This document shows positions 116,011-124,000 of a stretch of DNA of 124,000 nt, piece by piece. Under the pieces are notes generated by a model, which worked only from the letters and a program-made list of their open reading frames with translations, made no database searches and was not told where the DNA came from. Position numbers and translations under genes: made by a program. Origin of the DNA: Wallemia ichthyophaga EXF-994 (lineage: Eukaryota; Fungi; Basidiomycota); NCBI RefSeq assembly GCF_000400465.1, contig NW_008806284.1:144001-268000 (forward strand). The letters are read 5' to 3'. The stretch's first letter is position 1; the number at the start of each line of letters is the position of its first letter.

Positions 116011-117084
116011 ATTTGGTACACCAAGTATCAATATTTATATCTCAGTTGAATATAAATCACGTTAAATCAAGTTTGTTTAAAACTGTCGTCATCATGAATT
116101 CTGCATATATATTAGTTTCTGTGTTAGTTTGGATTTTAAGGTTGTAAATTAGTCTAATCAGTCACCACCAGACAGCCACTCTCCCCCAACGCTCAAATAA
116201 CAGACACAGGATTCAAACAAATCTTAAACTCATCTTTAATTTCTTTATATGGGGTTGTAAATGGAAGTATACACGTTGATGTCATTGCAGTTACAGATAA
116301 ACTATCAAATGGCTTACAGAAAGTTGGACTCAAATGTGCGCAGGAGTGAGTGACATCGGAGTGTCTAGGAGTAAAAGTCTTATCCCCCTCTCAGACACGC
116401 TCAGCAGGTCAAGAATAGCCTCAGTACTGCTTCAACCACTTCTACGAGATTCTTCGATGACTCCTTCAAGATAAGTGTTGTTGATTCTGGCAATACACCA
116501 ACTATACTCCAACCAATAACAGAATTTGAATACAAGCAAGCACAATTAGCACAATTCAAATGAGCTTTGAGCTGTGCGATTTGGCGTGGTCAACTGATCA
116601 CACCACACCAACGATTCCTAAAGTCTCCGCACCGTCGGCATCAATTGAATTATATTAGACACAAATTAAACCCTCAAAATTAGTAAATGCACGCACTGAA
116701 CAATATTATTATAATTTTAATTACCCTGCCGCACATAATCGATGCGTGCCGCTGTAGCTGAGTGAAATGAAGACCCCAAAATTCGAATGTGACAGCTGCC
116801 ATAGAGATTGCGAGGGCGCTTAAAGGGCTAAGCGAGTTGATATATAAAACCCTCTGTCAGTGAGACAATTTTTGAGCTAGTAATTAATTTGGAACCTGTG
116901 TGCCTTCGGGCGTCGCGTGGCGTGCGTTAGTGGAGTGACAGGAGGTCGGAGCATTTACAGCGGATAAGAATATCCAGTGAGAATACTATGAAACTTCTGT
117001 CCCAGACAATTGCAAGCGTCGCTTGCTCGGTTAACGTAAGATCCGTGTTTTGGGGAGATTTATCATGCAAATTAAATTGATCGT

Positions 117085-117582
117085 ATGTCTCCCACAACCA
117101 ACACGATGATTGTACATCTCCCAAGCAGTTATCATGTACATAAAACGAAAGACGGTGACGAGGTAGAGCTCGTTGATAAACACAAGGGTGGCCATTGGCT
117201 GTTGAAGAGTTTAAGCGAAAAGAACACTTTAAGCTTGATAGATCCAGCAGAAAGACTGTATGCACACTCGAAGCAGCATGGATTCGATTATGAAGTTAAC
117301 TTATCAAATGGTCGCGTCAACATTGATAGGGATAGTTACTTTAACAGTTTGAGCTACTTGTTTGCGTTGCCTTCTGGAGTAAATTGCTCAGTAAAGTCAA
117401 GTGATTTTTACAATCTTAGAGTGGTTGACTTGGAAACGGATAAGACACTGGCTACCTATTCGAAGCATAAGCACGGATTATCACTTCACAAGTACTCGAC
117501 GTTGAAAATAAATCCTGATTTGTCAGATCACGATAAGTTGCTGCTTATTATGGTTTGTCTGCAGGTGAGTGAAGTAAACTGA
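117085..117582 (+). CDS. Hypothetical beta-rich protein (probably continues in a second exon after the GTGAGT at ~117564)
   Basis: 165-aa ORF downstream of a TATATAA box at ~116841; ends in a helix LLLIMVCLQ; no family recognised. Confidence 0.6.
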   Translation: MSPTTNTMIVHLPSSYHVHKTKDGDEVELVDKHKGGHWLLKSLSEKNTLSLIDPAERLYAHSKQHGFDYEVNLSNGRVNIDRDSYFNSLSYLFALPSGVNCSVKSSDFYNLRVVDLETDKTLATYSKHKHGLSLHKYSTLKINPDLSDHDKLLLIMVCLQVSEVN

Positions 117583-117931
117583 GACATTCTACATTAATGC
117601 TTACAAAGATGAACAGATGAGCAGAATTGAAAGGCAACCAAAGTCAAATCATCATCATCACTTGAAGCAGCTATTGCCACTATCTTCATCTACTAGCTCA
117701 CTGAGTTCCTTAACATCACTCAATAACTTTCTCCATTCTCATACGTCGAGTCCTTCTAGCTCACCTAAGCTACACAAAAACTCAATATGAAAAACATTCA
117801 AGAAAAACTTGATATACCCAACTGATGCTGATTTCAACTTACGATATAAACTCATGACATATGCAATTTGTAACAGAACTGTATAACTTATTTTGTAGCA
117901 AATATTTGAATAAAAATAGATGAAAAACAAT

Positions 117932-118693
117932 TCAAACAATAGTTTCAAGTTCTTTAGCGTAATTGAGGGAGTGAGATATCATGTTATGAGAAGGAAGTGA
118001 GAACTTTTGCTTTTCAATGCCAGTTATGCTGTTTAGGTCTTTGAAGATGACGTGTTGGGTGGAAGGGGAAATGGTCCAACCTCTGGAAGTAGCGAATTGA
118101 GTTAGTTGAGCAGGGGAGTTGAAGAAGAGGAGAGTAGCAGCGTCATTGATTGGTAAAGAATCGTAAGCCTTCTCTTCACAGGAAGCGATTTCATTTCTAA
118201 TAGTTTCCAAGAAGGCCAACCAAATCCAATGGCCAGCTAACTCAATTTCAGGCTTTGAATCCCAAACTTTGCTGTAAGAACCTTCCATGATCCATCTTTC
118301 TAATTTAATGGGAGTTTGAATGTGAAAGTTGGATAATAAGTGGATAGGGATAGACTCAAGGAGGGTGTGGAAGTCAGAGATTCTATTTTGAGTGAGATAT
118401 ATGAGTAATTGTAGGGCAATGATCTTTGGTTGATTGGTGGAGTCGTTTGTAAGTGACCAGAAAGGGTTCAATAGGTTTATATAGCGTTCGAAAGATTTCA
118501 AATCTTGTGAGGTGATTGAGTGGAGTGCACCAACTTCTAATATATCCCTAGAAACTTGTAAATCGACCATATCACTTCTAGTTGAGGGGATAAGTAGATT
118601 CGACTGTGACATTAGAAGTTTTGCTTCGTTTAAGCCCTCAACAACACGCTCTCCTTTTTCTATTCTCTGTTTTATTTCAAATAATTTTGACAT
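117932..118693 (-). CDS. RPN12: 26S proteasome lid subunit Rpn12
   Basis: RDILEVGAL, FERYI..L, LLIYLTQNRISDFHTLLE, LERWIMEGSYSKV, YAKELETIV. Confidence 0.95.
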   Translation of the reverse strand: MSKLFEIKQRIEKGERVVEGLNEAKLLMSQSNLLIPSTRSDMVDLQVSRDILEVGALHSITSQDLKSFERYINLLNPFWSLTNDSTNQPKIIALQLLIYLTQNRISDFHTLLESIPIHLLSNFHIQTPIKLERWIMEGSYSKVWDSKPEIELAGHWIWLAFLETIRNEIASCEEKAYDSLPINDAATLLFFNSPAQLTQFATSRGWTISPSTQHVIFKDLNSITGIEKQKFSLPSHNMISHSLNYAKELETIV

Positions 118694-118776
118694 GATGGTT
118701 GTGCTAGTCCAAGATTACGATTACGTATACCCAGCACTCAGACAGCCATCAACTAAATTATAATTTAATATAAAAA

Positions 118777-119566
118777 ATGGATTTACGCAGCGCTATGACA
118801 CATGCAGACGCCCAAAGATTAAAGAAGGGTGAAGTAAACCTTGGTACATCGATTATGGCAGTTGAATTTGAAGGTGGAGTTGTCATCGGTGCTGATTCAA
118901 GGACTACGATGGGCAGTTATATCGTGGGTTTTGATTGGTCAAACGTTATCCACGCCTTACGCCTCCTCTCTACAGGCTAACAGAGTCACCGATAAACTGA
119001 CTCACATTCATGATCGCATTTATTGCTGTAGATCTGGTTCAGCTGCTGATACTCAAGCGGTGGCTGATATCGTTGCATATCACTTATCCATGTTCTCGGT
119101 TCAACAAGGTGAAAGACCAAATACACACACCGCTGCTGCATTATTCAATCAACTCTGTTACGGCAATAAGGATAGGTTATCTGCTGGTATCATTGTTGCT
119201 GGTTATGACAAGGAAAATGGCGGTAGCGTCTACAATATACCCCTCGGTGGTGGTATGTTTAAGCAACCATGGGCAATCGGTGGTAGTGGCTCTACTTACG
119301 TTTACGGTTATTGTGATGCAACCTACAAAGATGGAATGAACAAAGATGAAACTGTTCATTTCGTTAAGAACACTCTCGCTCTCGCCATGTCTAGAGATGG
119401 TAGCTCTGGTGGGACTATTAGAATGTGTGTCATTACTGATGATGGTGTACAACGCCTATTCGTACCTGGAAATGAATTACCTCAATTCTGGGAACCTCAA
119501 GTAAATGTAAACAAACCGGCTCATCAACTAGCCATGGAAGCTGAAGGTGATATTATGGTTCATTAA
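118777..119566 (+). CDS. PRE3: 20S proteasome beta-1 subunit (1 intron)
   Basis: LG|[54 protein letters not shown]. Confidence 0.97.
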
Positions 119567-119668
119567 AATGGCTCAATTTATCTTTTTGTAAGAATACACG
119601 TAGTTTTTATATTAAGATTCTTTTAATACGCTTTTCAACCACGCTTTCTACCATTACATGCCTCATAT

Positions 119669-120539
119669 ATGCCTGCATACGCAGACAATTATCCTGCATC
119701 TACAAACAATGGCCCTGTTATTCTCACTATAGACGGTTTAAATGAGGAGTCTTGTGAAACTGAATATACCATGGAATTAGATGCTATGGATACCGAAACA
119801 GACTCATTAAACGTCGTTGACAACCAAATTGATGATATAATGGCTGTTGATGTACATACCGTGTGTTTGCCCATTTAATGTTCTGCACTTTGTAATTCTT
119901 CTTATTCCCTACAGGACACCTTCCCTTCAAGTGTACTCATCCTCGATACGAACATTCTGATATCCAATCTGGATTTCCTCAAATCTCTCCACTCTCTCCT
120001 TCGCTCAAACCTCTGTCCACCATTCGGTATCGTCGTACCTGATATCGTCATACGCGAACTCGACGCACAGAAAGATAGCAATCGTGGTATATCTCATTTA
120101 TCACGCGCAGCACTAAGTTGGTGTCTTGATTGTGCTAAATCGAGCAATAGTCTGGTTAAATTTGAGAGAAGCAGTCTAATTGATGCTGTGGGTGAGGTAC
120201 ATTACAAAGCTAATAAAGATAACAATAATAAAAATAGGAGAATGATGTGAGCGTAAATTCACACTCTCGAACTTCTCTCACAAGTCCCCTCTCAACCTCC
120301 ACAGGATAGAATCATCGGTTGTGCAGCTCATCTTCAATCTAAAATCGTTGTCTTGCTCTTTACGAATGATAAATCTCTGGCTATCAAAGCCGAGAGTGTT
120401 GGTGGGTAGGTTACCCTCCTTTAACCCTCTCACAACTCTCCCAGGCATTCAAACAATCTCGACTTCAGAAAGTGAAATTTCTCACCTACGTGAGATAGCA
120501 GGTGACAAGTCTTCTCAGGCGTCTAGATATTCAAGCTAA
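119669..120539 (+). CDS. PIN-domain protein (Swt1-like), multi-exon
   Basis: VLILDTNILISNL, VVPDIVIRELD, DRIIGCA, LLFTNDKSLAIKA. Confidence 0.75.
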
Positions 120540-120647
120540 CACTAGGTGCTAAATACTTAAAAAAGTAGACTAAACCGTTTATACAAGTCAAATACAAAGA
120601 AAAAAACAACAGTAACACGTGTATTATAAAAATAAGTAGATTATAAA

Positions 120648-122548
120648 TTATAAACGTTGCGATTCTATATACGTCCCCACAGCGCGCACTTCATCACCGT
120701 TAGCCTTCTTCAAATGATTCCTTAGATCACTTTTCGCCGCCTGGGGGAGAAGGTTCTCAAGTCTATTCAAACTTGCTTTGAAAGCCGGGCTCATTTCTTC
120801 TGCAGGTTTCTTACTCGATTGTCTCACAGGTGCAGGTGTACTAGCTCGCAACTCGTATTTACTAGGCGGCTTGAGATTAGCCAATCCAGGAAATGGTTCT
120901 GGGTTGAGCACGTGAGTTAAATTAAAAATACTACTGTTGCGACTCTTGCTAGGTTTAGCACGTGGTCCAGTGGGTGCGCGCTCAAGGCCATCTAAATTTA
121001 TATGTGATGTGGACGCTGCTGAGACGTGTCTAGGGGTTTTGTGTGAAGATCCACGAGCTGGTACTGTCACCTCCTTATTATCCTTCCCGCTTATAGTCGT
121101 AGGTGTTGATGTAGTTGTACTTGCTGTACTCGTGCTTACGCCAGTAGCCGGTGTATCCCGCTCCACCATCTCTTCGCTGCGATTAGGGCTCCGAGGGGGA
121201 GTCGTCCCGGGCGTTGTCGTGTAGAGTGGCGGTGATATGGATGAAATTGATGAAGGTAGGTCTGCATCTTTGCTAATAGGTGATGGATGTCCAATTTGCA
121301 GCTTCTTCGGTGGTGATTTTGCACTCGTCCGTCGACCAAGATTGGCAAAGAAACCAGCAGCACGACTAGCCTTAACGGTAGCTGTACTCCGTGGTGAGCT
121401 GATAGCGCTGCTAGTGCTACCAGTTTTTTTTACCATAGCCGCTGCGCCAGGATAAGGGAGATGCTCAGGTATTTTATCAGGCGGGCTATCGCCAGCAACA
121501 GCTTTAGTGAGATCGTGGGCAACATTAATATCACTGCCTGGACGAAGTGGGAAGGTTGAGTTAGTAGCAAAGGACGCAGAACTATGTTGGCGATCTTGAA
121601 TGCTGGGACGTTCTTGGTGATAAGGGACGACTGGAGTGGACATGTAAGGACTATTAGAAGTTTGGGCATTACTTGAGTGTATACTTGGAGCATTTGATGG
121701 TGATTGAGTAGCTTGGCGGTTGATTTCGTCATTATTTTCCATAACATCTGTCTCGCCTGCGTCAGATTGAATACTCTGTTGACTTTTCTCGCGCTTATAG
121801 CGTTCACTATGAAATACGAGAGGTGGTGGGCTGTAGCTGCGTGGCCTGCCTTCACCACCGACGCAACGAAGCCAGACTTGCAAGCCGCTCGCAGCTCTAG
121901 CAAGAGCGTTAATAGCCTCTGCGGTGCGCATAACACGGTCAGATGTAGACGAGGCACCGTTATAGGTAGCCTTAGAAGAGAAAGCATTAGGAAGGGGCAT
122001 ATCACGGGTGATTGAAACAGGGTCACAGTTGTCTGTGGGTGAGGGGAGGTCGATAGTGCTGTCAGAAGAGCGAGAGGAGCGAGAGGAGTGAGAGTAGACT
122101 GAATGAGCGTCATTTAGAGCAGCAGTTGACATTTGGCTAATCGCACTGCCTCTTCTCTTAAGGAGAATATCTGAAGGGATATGACCAATGCTAGTGCCGT
122201 GACTGTCAAATGTGTTCAGAAATAGGATAATGGTGAAGAAGAAGCCACGCACTCAACATCCACGCCGTGATAACTGCCAACTTTTACAGGGCCTTGTTCA
122301 CCACCGCTCGTGTACACATTCAAATGAGGATAATCACTGCTGTCCATACGCTCCATAACAGATATCTGTCTATTCGATTTGTCTACATCGTTCAATGTAC
122401 CACCAGAACTGTATTTACTCGATGGAGAAGACGAAGAAGAGGCATCGCCCGTTTCAGCGATGTAAGCGTAGTAATCAAGTACGCTGGCATTTGTATAGCG
122501 CTTATCATTATCCCCGTTGAAATCTCTGTTTTCTGTATTTTCTGTCAT
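120648..122548 (-). CDS. Ser/Pro-rich hypothetical protein with a C-terminal helical (UBA/CUE-like) motif
   Basis: INALARAASGLQVWL; C-terminal LENLLPQA..SDL..HLKKANGDEVRAVG.YI. Confidence 0.7.
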
Positions 122549-122983
122549 GATGGTTTACGCAAGAGAAGGCCAGGCTAATCCTCAGCAAGTTACACAATTT
122601 GGTCCAGTTACAGGTACTTGGTGGACTTAAGCGGACGGTGCGAAATACTCCACCAGTGTATGTAAATCACTTGAATTAATTTTGTTTTAATTGAATTTAC
122701 CTGATTAAATTTCAAAGACAATGCACCTCCACTTGGCTGTGTGGCTATGGGTGGCTTTGAATCTATGGATATACTTGAATAATTTCAAATCCACATCTAT
122801 AAAGTATTTCCGCAAATTAATTGTAAAAACTTGTAAACACTTGCTTACTCACGCACGGATCACTATAAGCAGTAACACAAGGGTCATGTAATTGGGGTTT
122901 TATATCAAAATACAAATACTTTTCATTCATTATTTGTACTTATTCTTTACTACGCGTATCTCCGATGATCTGCACTCACTCTC

Positions 122984-123882
122984 ATGACATCTCTCAATCT
123001 ACCCCATAAATACGCGTATCTGCGTAGATTGCTTGATAGAGCCATTAAATACTATCGAGATCTAAGCACCTCCTCCAAATTACTCCTCTGTTTCGCTATT
123101 GGCGTACATCAGTTATTCGCTTTGGTTGTCTGGTACTACGGACCAAAGGAAATATTCGGATACATTGCAAATACCGCTCTCTCTCTTCAGCAACTCAGCT
123201 TCGGCTGGCTGATTCTCGTTATATCCCTCGTCATTGCCTCTTTCCCTCCCATGATTGGCTATGGCATGCTTATATCTGTATGTGGCTTCGTTTATGGTTT
123301 CCCCTTGGGTATTCTCCCTGCTGGAATCGGCTCACTTGTGTGTCTCACACGTCACCCACATTCCTCACCCACTTACTCCCCTAAAAACAGTCAGGCGCAA
123401 GCTCCGTCTTCTTAATTAGCAGACAACTCCAAAAGACCCGTCTTTTCGGGAGCAAGTTGAGAGCTCTCTCTGTCTCTACAAAGTTTCAGGCGATAAGCAC
123501 CGCGATAACAGATCGCGGCATTGGTTTGGTCGTTCTCCTCAGACTCTGCCCTATTCCTCCCTGGGTATACAGCAATCTCGGCTTTAGTCTCCTTCCACCT
123601 GATAAACTCACCTTCACTCAGTTTTTCTTCGCTACCATTCTCAGTACACCACGCCTTTTCCTCCATGTCTTTATCGGTTCACGCGTATTTGCCCTTTCTG
123701 ACCCAAATAATCAACTCGATAGCACCACCAAGATTCTCGATATTACTGGTATTGTCGCAGGTATGGTCCTCTCCACCCTGCTAGGATGGTATGTGTATAG
123801 GGTTACAATGCACAAAATCAGTCAAAGCGTCGATGAAGAGTATAACATTGATAATGAAAGTCTATTATCTGAATTGAGGTGA
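122984..123882 (+). CDS. TVP38: SNARE-associated Golgi protein (DedA/Tvp38 family), 1 intron
   Basis: SFPPMIGYG, GFVYG, LRLCPIPPWVYSN, FHVFIGSR. Confidence 0.88.
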
Positions 123883-124000
123883 ATATTAACGCATTCGCAT
123901 TATTTTCTACTTGGATTCCTGATGTCTTTGTCTATGTCCTTATTTGTGATCTCTTTTTGCTTTCTTAAGCTTGATATTTGGTATTAAGTGTATATGACAA

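Overview
Eukaryotic, fungal (basidiomycete-type) genomic DNA. It is very gene-dense (about 65 protein-coding genes) with short GT-AG introns of roughly 40-100 nt and intergenic gaps often under 100 bp. This style suggests the xerophilic/halophilic genus Wallemia; that is an inference, not a database match. Most genes are single-copy housekeeping genes (UGP1, ELP4, eIF3h, IDI1, LTN1, ATM1, KDM5, PEX6, HSP70, NOP9, RTF1, PEX7, CDC15-like kinase, PMA1, SEC3, proteasome subunits), plus one intron-containing tRNA-Glu. Best leads: (1) a free-standing fungal DUF2156 aminoacyl-tRNA-dependent lipid transferase sits head-to-head with an alpha/beta hydrolase, inside a block of four lipid-modifying genes. 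This resembles the ErdS/ErdH sterol aminoacylation module but has no fused aminoacyl-tRNA synthetase. (2) An ENA-type Na+/K+ P-type ATPase is bracketed by near-identical ~420 bp direct repeats, a possible amplification or pop-out cassette. (3) A 6.6 kb AT-rich gene-free island is a candidate short regional centromere. (4) A phosphoketolase-acetate kinase gene pair. (5) Unusual gene architecture: a start codon split by an intron (NOP9), a stop-free in-frame Hsp70 intron, 15-45 bp divergent gaps, ~30 bp tandem gaps, and a spliced 59-aa microprotein. No CRISPR, rRNA or intact transposon was seen. Exon boundaries were read by eye and may be off by a few bases.
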